Source: Lama glama
Lineage: Eukaryota
Direction: 5' to 3'
Length of the DNA: 64,000 nt
Assembly (NCBI GenBank): GCA_028534125.1
Contig: CM052816.1
Span: 89,344,001-89,408,000 of the forward strand
The stretch's first letter is position 1. The number at the start of each line of letters is the position of its first letter. The notes under the pieces are model-generated. The model saw only the letters and a list, made by a program, of their open reading frames with translations, had not been told where the DNA came from and ran no database searches. Made by a program: the position numbers and the translations under genes. Below are positions 12,057 to 24,999 of this stretch, piece by piece.

Positions 12057-14312
12057 TTGGGTACATTGCTAAGTTTATGTAAGGTAGTGTTTTTTCCTAT
12101 GTTTTATTCTAAGAGGTTTATAGCATCCTATCTTATATTTAAGACTTTAAGCCATTGTGATTTTATTTTTGTGTATGAGGTGAGGGAGTGTTCTAACTTC
12201 ATTGATTTACACACAGCTGTCCAGTTTTCCCAACACCATTTGCTGAAGAGACTGTTTTTACTCCATTGTATGCTCTTCCTCTTTTGTCAAAGATTAATTG
12301 ATGAAAAGTTCGTGGGTTTATTTCTGGGCTCTCTATTCTGTTCCATTGATCCATATGTCTGTTTTTGTACCAATACCATGCTGTTTTGATTACTTTTTTA
12401 TTCCTCCAGCTTCATTCTTTTTCTTCAATATTGCTTTGGCAATTCTGGATCATTTGTGATTCCATGTACATTTTATGANNNNNNNNNNNNNNNNNNNNNN
12501 NNNNNNNNNNNNNNNNNNNNNNNNNNNNNNNNNNNNNNNNNNNNNNNNNNNNNNNNNNNNNNNNNNNNNNNNNNNNNNNNNNNNNNNNNNNNNNNNNNNN
12601 NNNNNNNNNNNNNNNNNNNNNNNNNNNNNNNNNNNNNNNNNNNNNNNNNNNNNNNNNNNNNNNNNNNNNNNNNNNNNNNNNNNNNNNNNNNNNNNNNNNN
12701 NNNNNNNNNNNNNNNNNNNNNNNNNNNNNNNNNNNNNNNNNNNNNNNNNNNNNNNNNNNNNNNNNNNNNNNNNNNNNNNNNNNNNNNNNNNNNNNNNNNN
12801 NNNNNNNNNNNNNNNNNNNNNNNNNNNNNNNNNNNNNNNNNNNNNNNNNNNNNNNNNNNNNNNNNNNNNNNNNNNNNNNNNNNNNNNNNNNNNNNNNNNN
12901 NNNNNNNNNNNNNNNNNNNNNNNNNNNNNNNNNNNNNNNNNNNNNNNNNNNNNNNNNNNNNNNNNNNNNNNNNNNNNNTATTTGTTCTAGTTCTGTGAAA
13001 AATTTCCTGAGTAATTTGATAGGAATTGCATTAAATATGTAGGTTGCTTTGGATAGTATGTCCATTTTAATGATATGAATTCTTCTAATCCAGGAACATG
13101 GGATATCTTTCCATTTCTTTAAGTCATCTTTAATTTCCTTAGTATTTTGTAGTTCTCTGTGTATAAGTCTTATAAGCTTTTGCACAGCAAAGGAAACCAT
13201 AAACAAAACAAAAAGACAACCTACAAAATGGGAGAAAATATTTGCAAAAGATGAGACTGATAAGGGCTTAATTTCCAGAATGTATAGATAGCTCACACAA
13301 CTTAATAAGAAAAAAACCAAACAACCCAATCCAAAAATGGGCAGAAGACCTAAACAAGCAATTCTCCAGTGAAGACATACAAATAGCCAAATGGTCATAT
13401 TAAAAAAATGCTAAATATTGCTAATTAGCAGAGAAATGCAAATCAACAGTATAATAAATTATCATCTCACACCAGTCAGAATGGCCATCATTCAGAAGTC
13501 CATAAACAATAAATGCTGGAGAGGCTGTGGAGAAAAGGGAACCCTCCCACACTGTTGGTGGGAATATTGTTTGGTACAGCCAATATGGAAAATAGTTTGG
13601 AGATTCCTCAAAAGACTAAAAATACACTTACCATATGATCCAGCAATCCCATTCCTGGGCATATATCCAGAGGGAACCTTAATTCAAAAAGATACATGCA
13701 CCCCAATCATAGCAGCACTATTTACAATAGCCAAGACATGGAAACAACCTAAATGTCCATTGACAGATGACTGGATAAAGAAGCTGTGGTATATTTATAC
13801 AATGGAATGCTACTCAACCATAAAAAAAGAATAAAATAGTGTCATTTGCAGCAACATGGTTGGATCTGGAGATTGTCATTCTAAGTGAAGTAAGCCAGAA
13901 AGAGAAAGAAAAATACTGTATGATGCCACTTATGTATGGAATCCAAAAGAAAAAGACAAACAAACTTATTTACAAAACAGAAACAGACTCACAGACATAG
14001 AAAACAAACTTGTGGTTACCAGAGGGTAAAGGAAGGGATGGGAAGGGATAAATTGGGAGTTTGCGATTTGCAGATACTGACTAATATATATGAAATAGAT
14101 AAGCAAGTTTATACCATATAGCACAGGAAACTATATTCTTTATCTTGTAGTAACGTATAATAAAATATATATTATACATATCTAAAATAGATAAACAACA
14201 AGTTCATACTGAATAGCACAGGGAACTATATTCAATATCTTATAGTAACTTATGGTGAAAAAGAATATGAAAATGAATATGTGTATGTTCATGTATGACT
14301 GAAGCATTATGT
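12057..14312 (+). mobile_element. Young L1 with 5' inversion (12057-~13167 inverted; ~13168-14312 sense ORF2 end plus 3'UTR)
   Basis: The minus part encodes [20 protein letters not shown]. The plus part encodes [11 protein letters not shown]... and [17 protein letters not shown]...TWKQPKCP, followed by the 3'UTR. The strand switches at ~13167. Confidence 0.9.
12479..12978. other. Assembly gap (500 N)
   Basis: Run of N. Confidence 1.
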
Positions 14313-14314
14313 AG

Positions 14315-14593
14315 CCCATTATTAAATCTTTAAGCCAAGTAGCATAGCATCTTCAAATATTTCTCTCTATGCTTCTGTCTATCTCTCTCTCCCCCTGACT
14401 TCTGCTTCTGTCATTATATCTTTTCTCTGACTCTCCCACCTCTTTCTTTCTCTTATAAGAACATTTGTTACATTGGAAAAATGTGGACAATCCAGGACTA
14501 TCTCCTCTTAATTTATTCACATCAGCAAAGCCTGTTTTTTCTTGTAAAATAACATTAATAGGACATAGACGTTTGGAGGATATAATAAGCACA
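14315..14593 (-). mobile_element. Truncated MaLR (MLT1-type) LTR
   Basis: ...tctcttataagaacatttgttacattgg...aatccaggactatctcc...cacatcagcaaagcc...aacattaataggacatagac is typical of MLT1. Confidence 0.65.
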
Positions 14594-15504
14594 AAATAAA
14601 TGTAGTTTCTGTGTTTTTTGTAGGAAAAAGAGTGACAGTAAGGTTCTATCACTCCGAAGTTGGCTCAAGATACTAATTCATTAACTGTAGGATCATAGTT
14701 CTATAAGAAGGAAGGAACATTTTAAAGGAAAATTATTTAAATAGATCCTACAAAGAGGATACAGAAATGGAAAAGAATCTGAGTATTTCTATATCCAGTA
14801 AGCTGTAGAACAATTATAAACCTTTACTTTTTCAAGGTAGACTTTTATTTTCAAGTTTTAAGTTTGAAGTCCTACAAGGCAGTTTCAAATAATTTGTTGT
14901 TCTTACCAAATTTCTAAGTATTATTTTTCTTACCAAGCCTAATATAATTGAGAAATATGTTTGGGTATGAGTGAAGTGGGTCATGTTCAAAGCCTTATTA
15001 ACACTGCACCTGAAATGATAGATCATTTTACCTCATTCATTCGCCAAAATAACCTTAGTAAGTTAAGGAAATTTTGAAGTAAACTTATTGCATTCTTGCT
15101 GTATTTTATTTTAGATTGTAAGTTCAATGGTGGGTATACTATCTATATCAATAATTATCTTTTTTATGTAGTAACTGTTGTAGTATATTCTTGAAGCTTA
15201 AGAAATTTGTATAATTATGAATAATAAAAAAGAGGTACACCGGGTGTATGAAAATATAATGGGACTATAATAAGTGCAAAGTCTGAAGACATTTGAAAAT
15301 TCTGTAAACCATCCCAGTCAAGATAATGAAAACGTGGCAATCAGCTACACCCCCTCCTCCTGACAACCACTGGTGTGACTTATCTAACTGTAGCTTAGTT
15401 TTATCTATTCTACACATTCATACAAATGGAACAAATATATGTGCTTTTTTGCGTTTGGCTTATTTTATTCAGCATACTGTTTTGAAATAGACCTTTATCC
15501 ATCA

Positions 15505-16560
15505 CTAGTGGATTACTTATTTCCCAAATATTCAGTGGCTGAAAACAGCAAATATTTATTATCTCACAATTTCTGCAAGTTGGGAATTCAGGTATGTCTG
15601 GATTCAGAATCTTTCATAAGATCAAGTTGACTGGTGGGGCTGCAGTCATCTTGAGGACAAATTTTGCAAAATATCCTCATCCAAGTTCACTCATATGTCT
15701 GTTTGGGAGGTGTTAGGTCCACGTAGTCAATTAGTTGGAGACATCTTGCTGTGTAAGCTAATCTACAGGGATTCTCATGCGTGGTTATCTTGCTTCCCTC
15801 AGGGCTCCAAGAAGGAAGGAGAGCAACAAAGAATTACAAATGACAAGAATGCACAGCCATGGCAGAAGCCAATAGTTTTTATAAGTATTTTTCAACATGA
15901 CAACTCATCACTTTTATCCAATTAGAAGAAGTTACTATGTCCCACTCATATTTAAGGATAGGAAATTACAAAAGTGTGTAAACAGCAGGAGACAGTAATT
16001 ATTATGGGTAATTCCAATAGCTGCCTACCACATTCTGCCCTCTGACTCCCCATTGATTCATGTTTCTCCTACAAAATACACTTTCCACCCAAGATCCCCA
16101 CAGGTATCATCCCATTATAGTGTTAGCTTAACATCCACAATTTCATCATCTAATTCAAGTCCAGCTGCAGATGTGGCTCTTTGGGTACAGCTCCTGAAGC
16201 ACATATCCTTTAATATATTTCTTTTTGATTTGTCATTCTATGCAAATATAAAGACATTATTTGCACCATACACACAATGACAGTACATGCATAGGAAAAC
16301 TAACATATATTCAAAAAGAACAAACTGGAGACACAGAGGAGTCACTGGCCCATAGCAAATTTGAAATTCAGTCAGGCAGATACTGGAAGTTCCTTAATTA
16401 GGTCTCTAGGTGTAGGAATAATCATGACACCACCCTCTGGAGTCTCTTTTCTGAGACTGTGTCATCCTTCCTCTTTTACATAAAAGTCAGAATGTATCTG
16501 CAGCTGAGTAGTTTTCTTAGCTGGCATCTTGTTATTAGAATTTTGGAGATCCATCTGCTT
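15505..16560 (-). mobile_element. MLT1-type LTR (~15505-16031) plus adjoining MLT1 internal sequence
   Basis: cagtggctgaaaacagcaaatatttattatctcacaatttctg ... gctgcctaccaca, followed by ttctgccctctgactcccc...tcatcccattatag (MLT1-int-like). Confidence 0.7.
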
Positions 16561-17889
16561 CTTTTCCTTGAACTTTTGAAGAAATGTCCCTATTAAATTA
16601 TAGTACTTTTCATTAAATTAAATTATGAAGTTATATTATAAACTTTGTTGAAATTCAAATTATCATAAATGCAGTATACAAATGTAGTTTCCCTATGAGA
16701 TCTGAAATCAAATAGTGAGAATCTGCCAATTATGTTCTTTTCAAAAATTACTTTTACTACTGTAAGTCATTAGCAATTCCATATAATTTTTAGATTCAGC
16801 TTATCAATTTCTACAAAAAGTCCCAGGGTGATATTGATTAGAATATCATATACTCCATGGATCAATTGTAGTAAAAAAAAAATGACAATTTGGTGGACCC
16901 TTCCAATCTATGAATATACTAGAGCTGTCTTTTTGTCTTTTTAAAATTTTCAAGCAGTAGTTTGTAGTTTGAAGTAAAGGGATCTTTACACAACTTTCTT
17001 TAAATTTATTCCTAAGTATTTAGGCTTTTTGATGCTATCATAAATTATATTCATAAATGTCTTAATTTTATTTTTGTTGCTAGTATGTGGAAAGACATTC
17101 AGCTTTTAAATACCATCCTTGGATCCTCTGACTTTGTTAAATTCACCAGGATAGTTACTTTGTGTGAGTGTGTCTGTACACATAGATTCCTTAGCGTTTT
17201 ACAGGAAGATGAATATGCTATCCATGAATACAGGCAGGTTACTTCTTCCTTTCTGATCCGTGTAGATTTTCTTGTTTGTTTTATTTTGTTCGATTGTAAT
17301 GTCTAAGACTTTCAATATGATGTTGAATATAAATAGTAAAAATGCACATGCTCACATGCTCAATCTTATCAGGAAAGATACCTGGATGTTTGTCTTTCAT
17401 GGCAAAGTCTGATGTTAGCTTTACCTCTCTGAAGTGCTGCTTATCAGGTTGGAATTTCCTTCCATTTCTAATGTGTTGAGTGTGTCATGAATGCACATTA
17501 ACTTTTGTTGAATGCCTCTTATGCATTTATTGAGATAACCATGTAATTATTGTCCTTAACTGTGTTGAAGTGATTAATTTCATTTTTGGTATTTTTTGAA
17601 TGCAAAACAAACTTTTTATGAATGTCATCGACTTCACTTGCTCATGGTATGCTATTCATTTCATATAATGCTGGATTTGATTTGCTTATTTATATATTAT
17701 AAAATATAATCCATGTATTTTTATAAGGGGTATTTGACTTTAATAGTTTCCTGGTTTAACATCAAAACAATATTGTTTTCATAAAATATGTTTGGAAGCA
17801 GTCTTTATTTTCTGGAGGGGACCATGTCATGTTGGTATTTTCTCTTGCTTAAATGTTTAAAAGCATTCAGTGGTGAAATTGTGCCTCAA

Positions 17890-18072
17890 GCAGGTGTTCT
17901 TACCTAGTGGTAGTTTGGCTTCCCAGGTGACATTTGGGAGTATCTAAAGACTGTGATAAACTGGTACTGGCAAAAGGTGGGTAGATGATACAAATTCTAG
18001 TAAACATCCAACAATGTGCAGGAAGACCTCCCTTAGTAAAGAATTATGTGGTCTAAACTATAGTGTTGAGTT
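17890..18072 (+). mobile_element. MER20 (hAT-Charlie) fossil
   Basis: cccaggtgacatttgg...tactggca...taaacatccaacaatgtgcagg...aaagaattat matches the MER20 pattern. Confidence 0.7.
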
Positions 18073-18187
18073 TTCTTAATGGCAAAGATGTAGAACTATT
18101 TTTTGTCTAGATTCCTGAAGTTTAATCTTTTTTCTATCATCTTGATGTAGAAATTTAAATCAATGCTTTTGGACATTTTCTATACTA

Positions 18188-18407
18188 AAGTTGACCCTTG
18201 AACAATACAGATTTGAACTGCATGAGTCCACTTATACACAGATTTTTTTTTCAATAAATACTTCCTGCAGTACTACACAGTCCGCAGTTGTAGAGTATGT
18301 GAACGTAGAACCAAGAATATGGAGGGCCAACTGCAAAGTTATCTGTAGATTCTCAGCTGCCTGGAGGTTCAGCACCCCTAACCCCCATGTTGTCCAAGGG
18401 TCAACCA
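18188..18407 (+). mobile_element. Tigger2-derived MITE
   Basis: TIRs (a)AGTTGACCCTTGAACAA ... TTGTCCAAGGGTCAAC(ca), flanked by TA. Confidence 0.85.
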
Positions 18408-18517
18408 TATATACATTTAAACCATACGATTCTCTCTAAACATAGCTTTAGCTCTATCCCATATATTTGGATATATTGTGTTTTCTTTATGTTTCAATTC
18501 AACATGTTAATTCTTCT

Positions 18518-18775
18518 TTATTTTTCTTCCAGTTATATCAGGATATAATTGATACACAGCACTGTATAAGTACAGGATAATGATTTGACTTACATGCATC
18601 CATGAAATGATTTTCACAATGAGTTCAGTAAATATCCATCGTCTCATATGGATCTCATACAAAACTAAAGAAAAATTATATTTTTCCTTCTGGTGAGAAC
18701 TCTTAGGGTTTAACTCTTAAGTTTCTTTCACTGTGCAAAAGCTTTTCAGTTTGATGTAGTCTCATTTATTTTTGT
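18518..18775 (-). mobile_element. L1 3' end fragment
   Basis: ttccagttatatcaggatataattgatacacagcactgtataag... L1 3'UTR, same type as 35270-35420. Confidence 0.7.
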
Positions 18776-19494
18776 TAAATCTTCTTTTGACTCCCCTTTT
18801 TTATTTAGAGGTATGTTATTTAACTCCAAATATTTGTCTTTTTCTGTGTATCTTATTTTCATCCATTTGTATGTTTTTCCATTTTCATCAGATAGCATGC
18901 TCTGTTAGTTTACATCCTTTGGAAATTTATTGTTACTGGTATAGTCAAGCATATGTTCTCTCTAAACATTTCTTCTGAGTTTGACAAGAATATGTTTCAT
19001 GCTTCATGCAGTTGTTAAGCACAGTGTTTTATAAAATCAATTTGGTTAAATTGATAAATAATATAATCATGGTTTTCTCATTCCTTTATAATTTTGTGTA
19101 TTTATTCTATCATTCACTGAGAGTGATATGTTAAATTTAGCACCTTTAATTGGATTACTCTGTTCCTCCTGTTAATTATGTCAATTTTTGCTTCATGAAT
19201 TTTTGTGTTCTGTAATTAGGTGTATGCATATTTTGGATTTTTATTTGCTCTTGATGAATCATGATGTTTTTCCTTTATCTCTTATAATATACTGTGTATT
19301 GCAGTATAGTTTGTCTGATATGCATAAGCTTTGCTTTTTTATAATTATGATTAGCTTGTATATCACTTTTTATTCTTTTCTTTCAGCCTTCTGATCTATT
19401 TTCATTTAAAGTACATTACTGAAGGCAGCAGGTAGCTGGGTCTTTTTTTTTTAACTCAATCTAACAATTTCTGCCTTTTAATTGGTATATAGTA

Positions 19495-21830
19495 TATTTA
19501 TGTAGTTGATTAGTTTTCTGTTGAGATTTAAATCACCAAATATAATATTCATCCACTTTAAATTTTACAATTCACTGGCTTTTAACATATACACTAAGGT
19601 ACGTAACTATCACAGCTCTCTAATCTGAGAATATTTATATCACCTCCCCAAATCCTCATACTCATTAGTAGCCACCCTCCATGCCCCAGCCCCTGGCAAC
19701 CACGTTTATTTAGAAGTTGTATGAAATTTATTTTCATTTCTCTTGGGTACACACTGAAAGCTAGAATCGCTGGGTCATATGGTAAATAAAAATGTGACAC
19801 TTTGAAGAGTTGCTAAATGTTTCTCAGAATGACTATACCATCTTATACTTCTGTCAGAAATGTATGAACCTTCAAATGTCTGCACATCCTTGTGAACACT
19901 TGTATTTTCTATCTTTTTAAAATCTTTAAAAAATCCTAGTGGGTGTGAAGTGTTAGCTTATTTCAGTTTTAATTTGCATTTCCTAATGACTACCGAATGA
20001 TGGTGATCACCTTTTTATGGACTTGTTGGTTATGCAGATAGATTCTTTTGGGAAATGTGTGTTCAGTATTTTTGTAAGTTTTTCGTTTGGGCTATTTGTC
20101 TTTTTATTGTTGAGTTTTCAATGTCATTTATAGATTCTAGATATTAGACCCTTATTAGATGTATGGCTTGAAATAGTCCTCCCACTCTGAGTGGTCTTTT
20201 CACTTCCTTCATAGTGTGCTTTGAAGTGCTAGAGTTTTTAATGTTGATAATGTTCAGTCATTTTTGTTTTGTTTGGTTGCTTGTGCTTTTGGTGTCATAG
20301 CTAGAAAACATTGCCTAGCCCAATGTTACAAAAACTTACGCCTTGGTTTTCTATTAAGATTTTTTTTTCAGGTTTAGCTCTTACTTTCAGTGTTTTTTTT
20401 GTTTTTTTTTTTAAATCCACTTTGATTTGATTTGATATGTGATGTGAGACTGGGGTGCAATTTCATTTTTTGCATATGTATATCCAGTTGTCCTTCCAAA
20501 TTTGTTGGAAAGAGTATTCTTTCCTCCATTAAATTGTCTTGACAAACATATTGAACATCAGTTGACCTTAAGGCATGGGTTTATTTCTGAACTTTTATTT
20601 CTATTCCACTGATCTGTGCTCATCCTTGTCCTGGTACCACACATGTCCTTGAGTCTGTGGCTTTATAGTAAGTTTTGGAGCCTAAACTGTCTAGTTTTCC
20701 AAATTTGTTCTTCGTTAAAATTATTTTGGCTATTTAGGATACCTTGTATTTCTATATGAATTTTACATACAGCTTGGAAATTTCTACAAAAAAGTTAGGA
20801 TTTTGGTGGAGATTAACATAAATATTGCATAATTAACAATATTTAATTTTCCGACTGATGAACAATTTGGGCCTTTTACATTTTTTTTCGGGAATATTTT
20901 ATAGTTTTTATACTATGCATTTACTCTACTTTTATTATATTTATTCCTAAATGTTTTATTATCATTAATGCTATTTTAAATTGATTTCTTAATTTAAATT
21001 TAACTATTTATTGCTAGTCTATAGAAATAAAATTTATTTTTTTATATTCATCTTGTATCTTAAAACTTGCTGAACTTGTTTTGTTTTATTTTCAGCTCTA
21101 TTAATTTTGGTGGTCTGTTTAGGATTTTGTCTATTCAAAAAAATCATGTGATCTGTAAATACAGATAGTTTTGTTTTGTTTCTCCTAAAGTGGATTCCCT
21201 TTTTTTTTTTTTTTTTTGTCCTACCTGAGTGCTCTGGCTAGAACCTCCAGTTGAATAGAGTTGGCATTGGCAAGAGTGTCTTGCTTTTGATCCTTGGAAG
21301 AGAGCTTTCAGTCTTTCACTGTTAATTATGATGTTAACTGTTGGTCTGTTGTAGATGCAGTCCATCAGGTTGAGGATGCTACCTTCTATTCCTTTGCTCA
21401 TTGTTTTTTATCATGAAAGGGTGTCAGATTTTGTCAAATGGTTTTTCAGAATCCATGAGACAATCATATAATTTGTCCTTTATAATGCCAGTATGTTGTA
21501 TTTTATAGATTTATTATGGTATGTTTTAAACAACCTTGTTTTCCTGGGTAAATCACACTTAATCCTGGTTATAATCTTTTGGTATGTTGCTGGATTTGAT
21601 TTGCTAATATTTGTTGAAGATTGTTGCGTCCCCAAAAGGTATATTGATCTGTAGATTTTGTCTCTTTCTGGTATTTCTATCGGTTTTGGTGTCAGTATAA
21701 TGCTGGCCTCATGTAATGAATTGTAAATTTTTTTTTAGAGAAGTTTATAAAGGAGTGATGTTAATTAGTTCACTGTTTGGTAAAAATAATCAGTGAGGCT
21801 TTCTGGTCCTAGACTTCTCCTTGTAGGTTT
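19495..21830 (-). mobile_element. L1MB-like element (3'UTR plus ORF2)
   Basis: gttgagatttaaatcacc...tacaattcactggctttt; ccccagcccctggcaaccac; gctgggtcatatggtaa; antisense ORF2 remnants. Confidence 0.8.
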
Positions 21831-22488
21831 TTCTGTGATTTTAGGATGTTGCTTTTCAAGACTACTGTGGAGCTGTCGGGGGTAGAGGGAGGATGGAAAT
21901 AGACATATTAAAACACCACAAAACTCACTGTTCACACCAAGACTCAGCTGTTTTTCTTGTTTACATCTCCCTGGAATACGACAAGTCTTTGGTTAATTTC
22001 CAGAGCTCTGAAAAAGTTGATTCTTACAACTTTTACTGCTTTTCTGGAGGAGAAAATTTTAGAGGTCTTTACCATTTTTGGTGAAATCTGTTGTTTATGT
22101 ATACTTAATATGATGACTGATAGGATTGGTAGACATTGTCAATATTGTTTTTATCCTTACTTTGTCCTAATCTGTTTCTGTTGCCTAATATTGCTTTCTA
22201 CCTTATCTTGGTTTATTCAAACTTTTTTTTAATTATTTTGCTTAATTCTTCTATTGACTATTTAGTTATGCATCACTTTATTAGTATGTAATGTTTGTTC
22301 TAGTGCTAAATAACATTCATTTATGACGTATAAGTCTATCTGAATCAATATTGTATCCCTTCACATCTGACACTTCATATATGCCACTCTGTTCCCTCTG
22401 CCCTTTTCATGAATGACATTTCTTGCTTTTCAACTTTCACTTCACCCTTCAAAGTTCCCCCTTCGCCAACACAATACCTTCATGCCAA

Positions 22489-22953
22489 TGTCTACTGAAA
22501 GAAAAACAGGCAACTTAAGAGCTGTGAGTTTAAGTTTTATTCAGATCTTATTGAGGACTGTACCTTGGGAGACAGCCTCTCAGTAACTCTGAGGGGACTG
22601 CTCCAAAGGGACAGTAGAGAAACCAGTGTCTATATATGACTTTTGACTAGGGAGTCCATGCAGTCAGGAATACATCCTGGTAAAAAATTACCAGTAGTTA
22701 CAAAGAACAGGTATCTCAATTGATTTTAATGTTTTTCTATATACGAGAAGATATAAGAATCTGGGTTCATTAAAATTCCTCCTGAGATATACATCTAACT
22801 ATCTAAGGACCTGTTTTTCCAAAGCACAGATGGCCTCATCCTGTTTTCTGTGCATCCTGAGGTCCCAGGGTGCATGGTCGGTCAGCTCCTGCAGCAGCTA
22901 CTGACTTCATCCTTGCTGGATTGGTTGGTGAGCAACAGTCTTTGTTTACAACA
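22489..22953 (-). mobile_element. Solo ERV1-type LTR (MER41-like artiodactyl family)
   Basis: TG...CA bounded ~465 nt; gttttattc...gggagacagcctctcagtaactctgaggggactgctcc motif. Confidence 0.75.
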
Positions 22954-23274
22954 GCATGAATATATTTATCTGCCCATTCCATTTTTTTCCACTTCTGCCA
23001 TATCTTTTAGTCAAATTACCTTATAAAACCCATCTTACAATATTACTAATTTTGCTTTCAATAGTCAGTTGTCTGAATTAAGATTAAAAAACCCAGTTTT
23101 TAAAGTATTTATCTCTTCACTCTTTGCTTTTAGATCTCTTCCCTCCTGTCAAGCCAACTTCCGTTTGGTATTATTTTAATATTTTGACTCTGGTTTATAA
23201 TTTTAATTTCTTTGCTTCCTATTTGATACATTATAATATATCATGAATTTATTTACGAAAATTTCAATGATCGT

Positions 23275-24110
23275 ATTTCATTCTTAAATAATAGTCATTG
23301 GAGATCAGATGCATGTTGAGTGCTGGAGACATGAAAATATATAAAATTCATCTCCTGCCATCAATGAGAGTCAAGTAAAGTAGGAGAGGTGGGGCATTTC
23401 TTGAAAATATGGCAATATGTGGTTAAGTGATGAATATAGGCAAGCAAGGGGTTCTTTGGCATCACAAAGGAATGGCTACTTATTTGAATGAAAAATTCAA
23501 AGGAAACTTCACAACATATAGGAAACTACCTATCTCTGGGCGGGTAACCAGAAAAGATTGAGTTTGAAGGGGATCAGGTGTGGACAGCCTGGCTCTTTCG
23601 GAGCCAGATTATCTCGTTTGGTTTGGCTGAAATTTAGTGTCAATGGTAAAGTGTGAGTAGATCAAGTTGGACATGCAGACATGAGCCAGATGGAGAGGTA
23701 TTCCATCTGAAGGCTGTGGGAAGCTCTCAAGTGGTTTGTTCTTGAAACGATCAAATGCAAATTTTAGAAGTCACATGCTGAACTGTAGTGTGAATAGAAT
23801 GTGGATGGAACAGAAACAGAAAGAGATAATGGGAACACTTAGGGGATAAATACAATAATCTAAATTAGAAAGTATGAGAGTGCAAATTAACTCAGTGGTA
23901 ACTGTGATGGACGCTGGTGGGGTGGAGAGTTGGGCAATTTTAAGGAGGTAGAATCAAAAGATTTTAGAAAGCTTTAGTGAGGAGAAATCAAGAAAACTCA
24001 GCATCAATGCATGTGATTTAATCTCGAGTGATTAAGTGGAGGTAGGGGAGCTCTGATTATTCAACCTGATAAGAAAGACAACAGAAGATCTCAAATGAGT
24101 TCAGGCTTAT
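23275..24110 (-). mobile_element. L2 relic
   Basis: tttcattc...tgctggagacat...tttaaggaggtagaatcaaaagattt, purine-rich antisense L2. Confidence 0.6.
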
Positions 24111-24999
24111 GACTGAGTAATGTGGAGTTTATGATTCAAAAATTTCTGAATAACATTTCTATTCTTAGCAAGCTTAACTGAGAGGAAAATTTATGCACAA
24201 TAGCAAACTGCAGAATTTTTATTTCAATGTGCAGCTATGTGGGCTCAGCTCTGGGTGGATTAACTTCATATTCCTGCACAGAAAAACTTAGCAAGATAGC
24301 TTATATTCTCTTCCTCACTGTCCCTCATTCTACAATTTATTTCATTAAAAAATCTTCACCATTCCCACATGCTGCATTTCCCGAGTGAGGACTCAATATT
24401 AGAGAGTTTTGCACTTTGTGTTAGCATTGTCATGTTCTTAAATTGGCCCTCTCCTTTAAAAAAAACGTCATTTAATAACATTTTCAACAGCTAGGATGTG
24501 TGTGCTAATCTTAGAATACTTTCTGTTGAGTGATGGGGTTAAATCCAGAATGCAAATGATTACAGAAAAAATGTTGATGACAATTAAAAAGTATCTTGAA
24601 GAACTTTCATCCTTTTGTAGGGACGGAGATAAAGAAATGTAAATTGAGACTCAGTGTCTCTTCCTCTGGAAAAACTTCCCAACAAGAGAAAGTTAGTTTG
24701 GCCTCATGCCTCTGTCAGAACATTAACTACTCTGCAGATCCCGTGATCTTTCTTGCTCAGTGCACTAAACATTTTTGAGAAGAGTGGACACTGATTCATC
24801 TCAGCACATTTCTCGACACGCAGTGGGGTTGCAATAAATTTTTCCTTCTATTAAATGACATCAAATTGGTTTTTAAACCAGAAGAAACACAAGGCCTGTG
24901 TTGATGCAGACCAGAGGCGTAGCTGAATAGAGATGCAGAAGTGACAGAGCTTAAGTGAGGAGCATGTAAGATAGGCAGGGACACAAATCCAAAATTTCA

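Larger units (their letters stand above)
16640..19490 (-). mobile_element. Old L1 ORF2 relic with nested insertions
   Basis: Antisense ORF2 motifs (aaatttattcctaagtattt; tatgatgttgaatataaatagt; gctggatttgatttgct), interrupted by MER20, a Tigger2-type MITE and an L1 3' fragment. Confidence 0.75.

Noticed and set aside
12412..13398. Long ORFs spanning N runs (also 32040-32800)
   Set aside because: Artefacts of translating gaps inside L1 sequence.
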